A stretch of DNA of 60,743 bases, filler included, from Nemertoderma westbladi (Eukaryota; Animalia; Xenacoelomorpha), in the NCBI GenBank assembly GCA_032718475.1. It is 3 parts of 3 records of this genome, joined end to end, with 100 filler letters (N's around TTAATTAATTAA, not from the genome) between each part and the next. Parts side by side here need not be neighbours in the genome. Positions count along the whole stretch, not along the records: positions 1 to 21,836 come from JAUCBJ010007141.1; 2 more parts are not named here. One strand, written 5' to 3'. Made by a program: the position numbers and the translations under genes. The notes beneath the pieces are model-generated. The model made no database searches and was not told where the DNA came from. It saw nothing but the letters and a program-made list of their open reading frames with translations. Shown here one piece after another: positions 1 through 12,174 of the stretch (position 1 is its first letter; each line of letters begins with the position of its first letter).

Positions 1-407
1 TGCAGCATTGTGTATGAGTGAGTCTGTTAAAGAAGCAATTCCTAAAGAATGCGCCATATATGTGAATTATAATTAAGCCATATCGTTGTGAGTAGTTTAA
101 GTCATAACTCTGTTTATATAGATAAAGCGCCACGTCCTAAAGGAACTGTTAATATTCCCGAAGGTGAATAATATTGTCAGAGATTATATAATACTGTCAG
201 TCGAATAATACATTAGGCTTACATAGCAATAAAATTAAACCGTCGAACCCAATCTCCCGGGAATATCCAGCGGGTGAATGATCGCGCACAGATTGGTTTC
301 GACTAGTGTAGTGAATCAAATATTTGTCATAGGCTAAAAAGCGATTTAATATCTAGAAGACATCCTAATTTGGCGGGTTAAACTGCCAAAGGTCTGAAAG
401 CGCGAAC
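1..407 (+). mobile_element. 3' part of an LTR (family 2), truncated by the window start
   Basis: Near-identical to the reverse complement of 19277-19684. Ends ...GCGCGAACA at the same point as the copies at 19277 and 50885. Confidence 0.8.
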
Positions 408-723
408 AAAAACTATTCTGGAACATCAGTTTCTTTCACAATTGCTCTAAAAAACGACTTTAACATATTTCTTGTTGCTTTGGGCGAAACTGCACACTTA
501 AATTCGAATAAAAATAATGTGCTCAACTAATAGTTCGGAAATTGCTCGAATTGGTATTGGGTCATTACAAACTATCATTGAAAAAAAATGCTACTTTATA
601 GTTGTTGTATTGGGTGATTAAGGGCGTTTCCTGGACTAAAATATCAGGTTACAGTTTTATTTTTGAGAGTCTAATTAACAATTATTTGCGTCGATTTTCC
701 TGTTGAAAGGGATGAATTTTGAT

Positions 724-1020
724 TGCGTCGAAAGATCCCCCCCCCCCCCCCCCCCCTCCGCGTCGAAAGATCCCCCCCCCCCCCTCCGCGTCGAAAGATC
801 CCCCCCCCCCTCCGCGTCGAAAGATCCCCCCCCCTCCTCCGCGTCGAAAGATCCCCCCCCCCCTCCGCGTCGAAAGATCCCCCCCCCCTCCGCGTCGAAA
901 GATCCCCCCCCCCGCTCCGCGTCGAAAGATCCCCCCCCTCCGCGTCGAAAGATCCCCCCCCCCCTCCGCGTCGAAAGATCCCCCCCCCCCCCCCTCCGCG
1001 TCGAATGACCCCCCCCCCCT
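724..1020. repeat. Minisatellite, unit CTCCGCGTCGAAAGAT(C)n, about 10-11 copies
   Basis: Directly visible tandem unit with a variable poly-C tract. It explains the Pro-rich and Gly-rich pseudo-ORFs at 682-1075. Confidence 0.95.
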
Positions 1021-1164
1021 CTCCCTATCTGGAATGATCCGCAAAGCGAGACCTATGATAACCACTTTCTACTAAAAAATAAAAAATTACGTTCAAAAAA
1101 AGTAAAGTTTGTTATTTTATTGAATACATACCGTATGTTTAGTATGTAGGGCAAATAAATCCTA

Positions 1165-1231
1165 GATGTAAACTTAAAACCTAGATATGAATTTAGATCC
1201 TAGACGCGAACATAGAACCTAGACGCGAACA
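1165..1231. repeat. Short tandem repeat of about 19 bp (CCTAGA...), 4 copies
   Basis: cctagatgtaaac / cctagatatgaat / cctagacgcgaac x2. Confidence 0.6.
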
Positions 1232-1330
1232 GGGTGGTTTGGTTACTATATATAGAAGTAGCTAATAACTATATACGTCATTGTTCATAAAATAGCACTT
1301 TTAGCTTTACGACACGTGATAATAGAACGA

Positions 1331-1446
1331 GTGCCAATTATGAACAATGGCGAATCTAATTTTATAGATTTGTGGGGAATTATAAGTTGTTATGCTCTTA
1401 AACTTTCTAGAACAACCTAATAATGACGCGGTGACATACTGGATAT
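1331..1446 (-). repeat. Fragment of the interspersed repeat also found in the hAT MITE at 54718-56286
   Basis: Reverse complement of about 55860-55976 and about 35340-35451 (CCAGTATGTCACC...GAAAGTTTAAGAGCATAAC...CCATTGTTCATAATT). Confidence 0.7.
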
Positions 1447-2213
1447 TGGGGGCCTACTGGAAATACATAGTAAAATGTATGGCGCAGGGACATACCGAGA
1501 AATAATGTCGCACTGCGATGTAAAGCTGCGAAAATATGTCGCCCTGGCGATTTGGTAAGTGCGAAATGGGAAATGAATTCCATACAAATAAATAAATATT
1601 AATATTTCCTTTTGACTTTAACTAGTCAAAATAAGTAGGGTAGGGGCACTTTCATTTCAATAGGCATTGAAAGTTTTGATATATTTACTTGTATTTTGAT
1701 AAGCTGTACCTGTTTTCTAGGTTTTTCAGCAGTTTACCCCTGGTGCCATGGTAACCAGTAATTTTCAAGGTAATCAAAATTTTGATTCCGTGTTCGAGCT
1801 ATTTCGAGCTAAGCTTATCGAGCTGTACATAATATTTAATGAGTTTTTCCCGGATATACCACGAATACCTCGGGCCTATTGGAGACCAACATTATGTTCA
1901 AGTTCTAATTAAGGAATTATATGGAACCGTTTAAATTTTAGCGCATATTTTAGAATTCAAGAAGGAAAATCAAGTTTTAAGCTAATTGCGATGGAAATAG
2001 CCAAAAATGCTTTGAAAACTTGCCGTGGTAACCATAAAACCCTTCAAATGACCATCGGATATCAAAAATTTTGTATAATATACGGGTGGGGGGGGGGGGG
2101 GTTACTTCCTAGTTGGTATAATTAGTTGTAGTTTTAGATCTGTTTCCAACAAGCTAATAAAGATAAATATCACCCCCCCCCCCCCCCCCCCCCACCCCGC
2201 CACCTCAACCAAC

Positions 2214-3761
2214 CTCGGCTTTCCATTGTCCTCGTAGTTGCGGTCTTGGTTGCGTGGCAACGAGACGATACAAATTCCAATGCTGAGTCAATGTAGTATC
2301 AATATATTCCTTGAACTGTATTTTCGAACTATTGTTAACGTCTAACTCCGACAAAGTCCCATCGCAATGGCGTATAAACTCCTCGCGAGAATCACCTGAA
2401 AGGAAAACAATCAATTTTAAGAGAATCGACAAATATTTCAGGGTAGTGGCGATATGCGGCGTAAGCGAGAGATGTTAGCGGGGTGGTTAGGATGCCGACA
2501 ACAAAACATCTGAGGCAACCCAAATGGGAGGGCGTCACACTTACTCACAAGGTTGAACCCCCTCTATGGAAACAAAGATCATATACTCCCGAAATTATAA
2601 ATGGCTCGGCGTGGGATCGAACTCGAGACCTTCTACCAGAAGGAGATTGAGTTACCACTCCACCAACACGCTAACGACACGCCAAAATAATTGACCTTTC
2701 CTAAATTGTTATATTTATAAGTAAATATAAGTTATATTAACCCATCCCATACTCACTATCAGTTTATTATTACAACTACAGATCATATCAGACGGAAAGG
2801 TGAACAACATTTACATAAAAATAAATAAGTAAGTACCTGTGTTTATGATCAGCCAGCACTGACGCAATAAAAATTAGCCCTCTCCATGGGAAATTCGACT
2901 CAAATTAACAGCTGACTACTTCCAAAAATAAAACTGCAGAATAACGTGCCACTGTAATCTGCTCCTATCCCTAAATTGATATTTTAACATTGAGGCGAGA
3001 TATTACTTCGCCGAGATAAGATTTGCGTCCAGTCACCCACGCCCCCTCCCCTCCATCTTGATGATTGAATCCCGCTAAAGCCAAATAATATTTAAACGTA
3101 AAGTAATAACATAACCAGATACGCACCTATCCATTGGGCGATATTGTTTACCACCGTATTGACTAACACAACGCCATCCTTCCATGGTACCCCCTTATCA
3201 CCGCAATGTTGCACAGCATCACAAACAAACTCTAGCAGAATAAGGGAGTCGAGGTCATCGGCCTCTGTTAGAATAATAGACGGCCCAGTCCCGGTAAAGG
3301 CTTTAATAATCAAACGTTTACGCTGTTCATCCTAATAAACACAACGTAGTCAGTAGGAATAGGCCAACATCGGTAATTTATTGGTTATCAAATGACCACA
3401 TTAATGGTTTACTGTTAAACAGATTACCGGGTTAATCGTAATAATAAATATCGATGTTGACCGAATCATAGAGGATGTCGCGAATGATACAACCGGCATT
3501 GTAGCTTGTGATATCGTAACCCTACAGTACTGTTGTTTTACGTTACCGGTATTATTGTAAACATTTATACTGACAACAACTGAAACTTGGAGCATAAATT
3601 TTGAGACAATTCACGGCCCGTTTGAGGTTAAACATAATTATTACTAAGTAACTTACATCTTTGGTGCTATAAAGTTCCTTTAGTTGGGCCTCCGACAGAT
3701 TAACTTTCCGACAATTTAGTTTATAACCAAATAACCGTTGTCGATTCCTTGTTGGCGACAT
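2214..3761 (-). CDS. C8orf74-like (CLAMP / flagellar C1a-32 domain) ciliary protein; exons 3761-3657, 3331-3127, 2395-2214; 3'-partial
   Basis: Phase-compatible GT-AG exons: GAT|gtaagt, ttattag|GAT, ATAG|gtgcgt, ctttcag|GT, GAG|gttggt. The spliced product is MSPTRNRQRLFGYKLNCRKVNLSEAQLKELYSTKD-DEQRKRLIIKAF...DSLILLEFVCDAVQHCGDKGVPWKD...QWIG-DSREEF...EYIDTTLTQHWNLYRLVATQPR...KAE. It resembles, from recall, the C8orf74 pattern (SILLD..ES..FAVGKGFPW...DYF..TF..HYKLYQYV). No further exon found in the window. Confidence 0.7.
2602..2672 (-). mobile_element. tRNA-derived SINE head (family A), in intron 2 of the C8orf74-like gene; body probably extends to about 2476
   Basis: Minus strand GCGTGTTGGTGGAGTGGTAA...GAGTTCGATCCCACGCCGAGCCA has Pol III A and B boxes but no good anticodon arm. 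Confidence 0.6.
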
Positions 3762-3788
3762 CTTAGATTTTATTAATACTGTAGTTGT

Positions 3789-3801
3789 GTTGCTAGGCAA
3801 C
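3789..3801. promoter_or_regulatory. RFX X-box
   Basis: GTTGCTAGGCAAC, 28 bp upstream of the ATG (3761) of the putative ciliary gene. RFX control of ciliary genes is established knowledge. Confidence 0.65.
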
Positions 3802-6089
3802 GTCAGAATACATAGCGTGGGTTATTTGAATTAAAATTGAGTAAGTAGGAAGTGGAACAATTAAATAATGAGTGACGGTTAGTTTGTAGATGGGATTTAT
3901 ATAAAATAACATATCGAATGCGTTTACATGTAATTATTGATTAAATTTGTTTCATTTCCTTTCAGTGAGATGTAGCTTAGCCTATTTAATTGCGTACATT
4001 TTTTTAAATTTATTGTTTACCCAGCAAATAGGGTAAGCAATTCAATGTTTCCATGAATATTACGTGCAAAAAAAGCAAAATAATGGAATGTGGAAATATT
4101 TTTTGTGGAATAATATTCTAATGCATCTACATTTAAAAGTTATTTCAATTTTAGTGACTGTACGGCAAAAATCACCAAATATAACTCAATAATAACATCA
4201 TATATGTTATGTCTGTAGTAGTTGAGCTGCAATATAAGTCTAGGCGGCAATGCGTCAACGTTCTGTAAAGCTTACAACGCAGTGAAAGTCCCGAAAAGTC
4301 GAGGCATCGTAACATGTTCGGGGTTGATGGGACATATCGACAGGTTACTTGGAATTCGGCCGAATAAAAATAGGGACGATGATGAAATTTCGTTGAATCA
4401 ACAAAATTCTTATTCGAGACAACAGAACTGGAAGTTTACAAGAAAACTAACACGACATTTAGTAGTGCAAGTGCATATTCCATTACAAAATGAACTTAAA
4501 TCGAACAGACATTGAGACAAAGTATCAATAGCAGTAGCACATTAATCGCATGAGAGATAACATTACAATAATGAAAGCCATGGATGTTATTTATAAAGCA
4601 GAAGTTAACGGGATATAAAATCCATTATATTCCAATGTTAATAAAGGCCAGACAGAAACCATTGGACTGTTGTTACTATTACAAGGTTTCTGGCACTAAA
4701 AGTTCAAACACTCATCTCATCACTCAATATGTGTGAGTAAACGGTAAACCCAGTGTAATACTGTACCTACAACAGATCATCGGTACCGAATACTTTAAAT
4801 AATCACTCACACTACCAAAAGGTAACAGAACAACAACTGCATAAGGGTTGGGTGAAACCAAAGAGTTGGACGTACAGTAAGAAACCATAGGATACTAAAT
4901 GTAACCAAAGTGAACACGAAATGAGAACTAATAATTAATACACGACCAATATTCAACAAATAATATGTTTACGAAAATAAAATATATTGGTTATTGTATT
5001 AGAGGCATTTACATAAACCGCGGTCAAACAGACAGTTGGAACGATATTCAGACAGGGAATATTATTATCGGTAACTAAATATATATTTATTAAGATTAAT
5101 TCCGTACAGTTCTACTACAGTTACTGAATACGTTAAATCAATTGTTATAAATTATAGATCACCAGGAATACTGATTAATAATGAAGGTAGTACTAAAGTA
5201 AACAAATAATAGTAAAACAAAAACCCCAAAAATATATCCGCGGTCACTCCTTTAGAAACAGAGCGGCACAGAAACCACAAATATTAGATAAATTGAACGG
5301 GAATAGCTAATACCGACACAGTGTTATTAATGATTGCCCAGGTAGTCTAGTCACCCAGGCTATTTAGAGTCACCAAGTCTAACTGGCAGACCCACTAGAT
5401 GTATAAACTGCGAAATCTCGATAATTTCATTTATCATTCTTGTAGAAAAAAACGAGTTTATTTTAAGGAAAATAAATCGAATATCCAGAATTGTTCCATT
5501 TATAGTCTCCGATAATATCCGATTAATTTACCTGCCTGTCTGTCTGCCTGTCTGTCTGTCTCGGATTCCTTATGACATAGAAACTACATACGATACACAT
5601 ATAGAATATTTATGGTAATTGCATTGTAATTAGTTAATTACTTTCACTTTTAGTAAGGTGTTGTGCTGTCTATGTAAATAAATAATATTTAACTTTACCA
5701 TTGACCACCCAGCACCCTAACTACGTGCTGGAGTAGATAATCCTTACCTCCAACCCACGGAGGTATTGTAGCTTAAATTATAAGACTTCATAAATAAATA
5801 TATTTTAATACCGTCAATAATAAACTAAAATCCATTTAAATTCAATCCAAATTCCTAACCTTCAAGTTGAATATGAATAATATGGTGTAATAGGAATGAA
5901 TAACTGCACGTCTACAACGTTGTTATCAACCGTCAGCAATATGCATAAATTAATAAATATTAGCTTCATAGTTTTAAATGATTTGTTACAGAACTATAAA
6001 GTTTTCATAAAGAAAAAATAATTAACTTCTCTAGAACCCAATGAAGTGCGTTGCGATCGTATTAGTTGCCCCGAATCCGCGACGACCCC

Positions 6090-7706
6090 CTAGAGTTCGT
6101 CCTTCCCGGTTACCTTAGTCGACGAACTCTTTATGAAACTAATAAAGTCGGACTCCTCGCGACCCCCCTTGTAGGACTGGGGGACCTTGGGACCCCCAGC
6201 GGAGGCGGCGGGCACCCAGTATATGGTCGGGAATCCCTTCACATCGAACTGCGGGGGCACGTCGTTAGCTGTCGCGTCCATCTTGGCGATGACGACGTTC
6301 TTCTGATCCTGGAGTTTCTCCCCGACTTTCTCGTAGATCGGGGCGAGGGACTTACAGTGGCCGCACCTAGAAGAATAAACGCAGGTAGCGGTGAAAATGG
6401 TCGCAAATATCTTCCTATGGATTTCCTAATTTAACAAAGATTAATAAAATAAATTTGAACAAGGAAATAAACTACTTTTTTAACCTGAATGACATGATTG
6501 TGCAAAGTACCGATAGTATCCGCTAATACGCACTAACCATGGAGCGTAGAACTCGATAAGGACATCGTCATCGGGGTTCATAACGATCTCCTGGAAGTTC
6601 TTGGCGACGACAACCTTAACGGGCCCATCGTTATCAGCCGGAACCGGTTCGCTCTTCAGATAGGCCTCGAGTTTACCAGCGAGGAAGTCCTTAACGAACG
6701 CGTCGAGGTTGTCCACGGAGAACTCCGCGGCCATCGGGAACTTACCGGAAGCGGCCCAGATCGCCGCCACGGGTTTTCCGTTGTCCGAGAGACGGAGTCC
6801 CAACTCGGATATCTCGTGGGCGAAGTCGTCCGCGTTGGCGACGGCCGCGGCGATCGGGGTCCGGGAGACGACCTTGAGGACACGGTTGCGCCAGTAGTTG
6901 GAGCCCTTGGCGTTCCGCGCGTAGTCGATCTTGTAGTAGACGACGAGGGTCGGTTGCGCGAAGCTGCCGGCGTTGTCCGCGGTTCGGACTCCCGCCAAAC
7001 CCAACGCGTTATCCTCAACAAATCGCGAGATCTCTGAGTGCTCCGACGCCCCGGAATAAACCACGACGCTCTCCTCGAACTTATTCGCCAACTTGTTCGG
7101 TCGGAACAGCACCACGGATCCAACGGAATTCCCCGCCAGCTGGGCGACCTCCTCGCTGTGGCTGTGCGCGTAGGAATGTTGTTTGGCGCGATCGGCCGCG
7201 GTTTGGAAGGCCTTGTGGAGCTCGGAATCTCTCTCGAACAACCCGAAGACGACGACGTTCTCGGAGCGACGGAGTTTCTCCCATCCGGTGGCGTCCCGCA
7301 CCTCCAACGAGGAGGGACCGGCGCTCTTCTTCATCTGCGAGACGATTCCGTCGGCGGTTCGCGGTCCGTCGTAGTCCGTCACCACCGAGCCGCCTGCTTT
7401 GAAGACCTTGAGGGTCGGGTAACCCGAGACGCCGTGTTTCCCGCAGGTTTCCTTCCCGGCCTCGGTGCAGTCGACCTTGGCGAGCGGCACCGGGGGGTCG
7501 TTGTTTCGCAGCGTCGTCGCCGCCTTCTCGTACTCCGGGGCTAGACGCTTACAGTGGCCGCACCACGGAGCGAAAAACTCGACGAGCACGAGGTCGTGCT
7601 TGGCGACCTGTCCAACGAAGTCACTGTCCGACAACTCTAGGACATCGCTGGCGATTGCACCGAGAGTAAATCCGAAAATAAATAACAATATATAATGACG
7701 TGCCAT
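6090..7706 (-). CDS. PDIA3: Protein disulfide-isomerase A3 (ERp57-like), 481 aa; exon 1 7706-6538, exon 2 6366-6090
   Basis: Signal peptide, then SDVLEL, VEFFAPWCGHCKRLAPEYE, NAKGSNYWRNRVLKV, YLKSEPVP..NDGPVKVVVAKNF. The second WCGHC is split by a 171-bp intron (TG|gttagt...ttctag|G). C-terminal KDEL then TAG. Confidence 0.95.
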
Positions 7707-7917
7707 ATTATATTAGTGATATTTCCGTTTCTCAGTGCGTCAAGCTCAGATCGTACTGTAGTAGACTTATTCCAGTATTCCTTCCTACTGCTGTACTGCT
7801 GTACTGCGGTCTGTCCTGCTACAAATCACATATGAAACAACAGAGCTGTATTTTGTTCGATTCTGCTATTGTCTGATTGTATGTGTTGGAAGCCGCTATT
7901 GTAAATTACATTGCCGC

Positions 7918-7930
7918 ATTGGCAGATTGG
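7918..7930 (-). promoter_or_regulatory. Tandem CCAAT boxes upstream of PDIA3
   Basis: ATTGG at 7918 and 7926 on +, about 215 bp upstream of the ATG. No complete ERSE (CCAAT-N9-CCACG). Confidence 0.3.
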
Positions 7931-9250
7931 GCAGTTGGGCTGTTGGGTATTGATTTAATGATGTTCAAAGTAAAAAATAACATTAAAATGAACAATAAAA
8001 TAACACAAGCAAACACTAAAACATACATGAAATTACAGCATTAGATAGGCCTACAGCTTTTAACAATGATTTACAATATTAATTTGGCGCTATAAAATGG
8101 TATTGCTACTAAAGTTATTTATTCATATTACATTACGATACATTGCGCACCGGGGGCGGGGATGATAGCCCCTAAGCCTAAGGCGAACTTTGTTTCCGGG
8201 TAATATCACATTTCACATTCCTGAGATCCTGACATTGATTGAGGATCAGTGGGAAGTAATTTTTTGATCGATTCCCTATTGATCGATTCGTGGCGAAATA
8301 CTAATACTTTTTTCAAACTTTCGTGTTTCCGACGTGTTTCTTTCGTGTTAAATACCCGACGATAATCGATATAAGCCTACAGTTAAGCTAACAGACGACC
8401 ACAGATACCTCTAATCTGCTAGTACACAGACAAACACACGCTAGAGATTTGTATATAGTAAAGTAGGCCTACTAGAAGATAAAAAAAAATACACCGGGCA
8501 GCCGGGACCCGGGAGTGAGAATAGACTAGGGAAATTTAACCGGGAATGGAGTTACAGTTAAAATTGATAAATGGCGGGGTGAGTTTTCACTGGAAGGGTT
8601 AAAATACACTAGGGGAAATACACGAGGTAGAATAAAACGTCTGTCCTTATCTGATCTGATCTGACAGCATCTGATTCTATAACCAATCAGGAGAAAGAGA
8701 TATAATATTTACCTAACTGTCTGTTAGGTAAATAGCCAATAGCTGAATAGGGGATCACGTTTCAGGTTGCCTGTTACGTATTATCATCATATGAAGTACC
8801 AGAGCAGTACAGGCATACCGGTATGCATCTAATGCATAAAGGCATGTTATTGTATATTAAAAAAGCGATATAGGATGAAGGATGGCGGGTATGAAAGTTG
8901 TGTGATTGTCCCAGCAAGATGGATAGTTTCAGATGTAAACAACTTTCGTAGATTTAGTTGGTGTTGAAACAGTGTGTGCAAGCAGACAATAGGACAAGGA
9001 AATTGCCATAAAGGGTGAAGGAATATTGTAAGGGGCAGGTGATGTTTTTGATGGAAATAGACAACCTCTGATTAAAAGTAAATGACTGCAGTGTAGGTAG
9101 TGTACCAATATTCATTATTCAATATATTTTGAATCATAGCACTTAATAGTTAATATTATTCATTATTATTAAAACAGTATTACAGGAAATGTATAGTCTA
9201 AATTAAATAAAAATAATGTAAAATTAATTAAAAACTAAGATATTGCATAA

Positions 9251-9332
9251 TTTCCTTATAGGGAAAGCTGTAATTTCCTTATAGGGAAACACAAATTTCC
9301 CTATAGGGAAATAAATAAGTTTCCCTATAGGG
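9251..9332. repeat. Four tandem palindromes TTTCC(C/T)TATAGGGAAA
   Basis: Direct reading; the fourth copy is partial. Confidence 0.85.
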
Positions 9333-9507
9333 CTAATTTCCCAGACTGCATGGACCGGCACCAAAAATTTGGCACCAGCCGCTAAAAACAAATTTAAAAT
9401 TTCTAGCTTATTTTATTTGAATTCCCTTTAGTTCGTTTCAGTTAGTCTTTTAGTTAGTATCGTTAGTTTCAAAGCGGGAGGTATTATATTGACCCCCCCC
9501 CCCCCCC

Positions 9508-9722
9508 CCCGGGTTTAAGGGGAATACCGGGGAAACTTCACATGCTGACATAGGCAGAAAGTCCAGTACTCATTTAGCTACCATTTAAGGATGCAAGGCA
9601 GAGATGCCTCGCTAAACCCTTCAAAACATTCGTGCCAAAACGAAAACTACCTTGGCCCCCATGCCGGGGTTGAACCCACATCCTCCGTGAGATGTGAATT
9701 CAATATAACCACTACACCACGA
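9508..9722 (-). mobile_element. tRNA-derived SINE (family B)
   Basis: Minus strand GTGGTGTAGTGGTTA...GGGTTCAACCCC (A and B boxes) followed by a conserved core. Further copies at about 11118-11333 and 18757-18912. Confidence 0.75.
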
Positions 9723-10339
9723 GGTAGAATAAAACGTCTGTCCTTATCTGATCTGATCTGATCTGACAGCATCTGATCCTATAACCAATCAGGAGAAAGA
9801 GATATAATATTTACCTAACTGTCTGTTAGGTAAATAGCCAATAGCTGAATAGGGGATCACGTTTCAGGTTGCCTGTTACGTATCAGTATCATCATATGAA
9901 GTAGCAGTACAGGCATATCGGTATGCATCTAAATGCACAAAGGCATGTTATTATATATTAAAAATGCGATATACAGTAGGATGAAGGATGGTGGGTATGA
10001 AAGTTGTGTGATTGTCCCAACAAGATGGATAATTTCAGATGTAAACAACTTTCGTAGATTTAGTCTGTTAGTTGGTGTTGAAATATTAAACTTTTATTAA
10101 AAACAATACAGCATTTGCTGCAATATTTTTCTCGTAAATCTTTCTTGTTAATAGTTATCATTATTAATAGTTAAAGTTAATTATATTAATTATAATTAAT
10201 ATTATTAATTAAGTACGGTAATGATTCTTATTAATATATTACATTTAAAATATGTATGAAATTTAAGAAATTTATTAATTTTACTATTTATTAAAGAATA
10301 GGGGAAGGTGGATGGGAATGTGGGAATTTATAAACACTT

Positions 10340-10500
10340 ATTACCTTCCAATTGAAGGAAAAGAGCAGGTTACAGCGGCTGTAATTTCTAACCAAAACAA
10401 TAAACGACGTTGTTACCTACAAATTGGGAAAGGAGCAGGTTACCGAGACAGGGTTTTCTAACCAAAACAATAAACGATTTTGTTACCTACCAATTGAGGG
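10340..10500. repeat. Tandem repeat of about 69 bp, 2+ copies; related motif at about 17695-17745
   Basis: GAGCAGGTTAC...TTTCTAACCAAAACAATAAACGA...TTGTTACCTAC repeated. Confidence 0.6.
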
Positions 10501-10973
10501 AAAGTAGAATATGTTACCGCGGCGGCTTGTTTACACAGTTACACCGGTCACCTTCTTACTAACCGTCCTACTGACTGATCAATAGATCATCCCCCTCAAA
10601 AAATAAAGGACATCGCGCACGCGCATAAAACACTTAATAAAGACAAATTTAATAAAAAATATCGACCGAAAAATGAAATCCTTGTATTCTTCACATGGGC
10701 GAAGAATACCAGACTTTCTGCCGTTTTATTTCACTTTGCAGTTACCCCTATGTGAAGAATACCAGGTTTTCACCAAAAACACAGGTTACACTGAATATAA
10801 CCAAAACAATAAACGAATTAGTATATGTGCAGGTTATAAGACATAAATAAGCTCTATAATACACTCAATAAAGATAAATTAAAAAAGAATTAAAACCTTC
10901 AAATATAAAATTCCAATAAAAGTCAACCGAAAAGTGAAATCCTGGTATGCTTCACATGGGCGGTATTCTTCAC

Positions 10974-11333
10974 ATGGACCGACACCAAAATTTGGCACCA
11001 GCCGCTAAAAACAAATTTAAAATTTCTAGCTTATTTTATTTGAATTCCTTTTAGTTAGTTTCAGTTAGTATTTTAGTTAGTATCGTTAGTTTCAGAGCGG
11101 GAAGTATTATATTGACACCCCCCGGGTTTAAGGGGAATACCGGGGAAACTTCACATGCTGACATAGGCAGAAAGTCCAGTACTCATTTAGCTACCATTTA
11201 AGGATGCAAGGCAGAGATGCCTCGCTAAACCCTTCAAAACATTCGTGCCGAAACGAACACTACCTTGGCCCCATGCCGGGGTTGAACCCACAACCTCCGA
11301 GAGATGTGAATTCAATATAACCACTACACCAAG
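10974..11333 (-). mobile_element. Duplicate of 9350-9720, including a SINE family B copy (about 11118-11333)
   Basis: Near-identical from CATGGACCG..CACCAAAA through AACCACTACACCA. Confidence 0.85.
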
Positions 11334-11523
11334 GTGCGCTCTGAACCAAGGTGGAACAAGTGTCAGATACCGTCAGATCAGATCAGATCAGATCAGATAA
11401 GGACAGACGTTTTAGCCATCCTACTACACCACGGTGCGCTCTGAACCAAGGTGGAACAAGTGTCAGATACCGTCAGATAAGATCAGATCAGATCAGATAA
11501 GGACAGACGTTTTAGCCATCCTA
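11323..11523. repeat. 120-bp tandem duplication containing (GATCA)n
   Basis: CTACACCA.GGTGCGCTCTGAACC...GACGTTTTAGCCATCCTA occurs twice. Confidence 0.8.
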
Positions 11524-12174
11524 GAAATACACCCCGGGAGTGAGAATACATTCTGACATTAGGGAATTTTAACCGGGGAGTGATTTTGCATGGGGAGTGA
11601 AAATTCTCTGTTACACAGGGGTGTCTCTCTGAACTGCACATTTAAAAACAGGAAAAAGTGACATTTCAAGAAAAAAAACCATAAACTCAGTATTTTAATT
11701 AATCATGCTCGAAGCGGAAAATTCATTAATTGCTATGAAGTTTCTATGAAGTTACACTACACATAGGTCAGAGAATGTCTGTTTAAAAATTCAGACAAAT
11801 CGGTACAAAAATGGCCTTATAGGAAAGGTGTTAGTCACTGAGAACCAAATCCAAATGTGATAGAAGAACCTTGTTTGAGAGATAACGCGTAAGTAGTTTT
11901 TAAAAACAAGTACATTAGGCATATATACAATTTACAATATGGTAATATGGATTACGTTTACATAAATATAAGATCTGGAGATTTGTATTTAAATTTCTTA
12001 CCTAAACTACGGTAACAAAAATTTGATTTGGTGCTGTACCTAGTCAGTAGTAAAAATCGTAAAAATCAGTTGAATTTATTATTTAAATATCTGAATATAC
12101 CATCTGGGGTGCATCTCCCTTAACAGCTTAGCTTAATACAACAACCGTTTTTAGCAAGTCGGATCAATTAGACA

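Larger units (their letters stand above)
8620..10082 (+). repeat. Direct duplication of about 350 bp (8620-8968 vs 9718-10082)
   Basis: CACGAGGTAGAATAAAACGTCTG...GTTGGTGTTGAAA is present twice with small indels. Confidence 0.85.

Noticed and set aside
682-1075. Pro-rich and Gly-rich ORFs
   Set aside because: Open in several frames on both strands because of the minisatellite.
4222-4515. 97-aa ORF between the two host genes
   Set aside because: Non-ATG start, no motif and no convincing splice sites.
5700-5800. Possible CORE-SINE-like tail
   Set aside because: Only a vague resemblance, with no head or second copy.
6066-7695. ORFs overlapping or antisense to PDIA3
   Set aside because: Shadow frames caused by the high GC codon bias.
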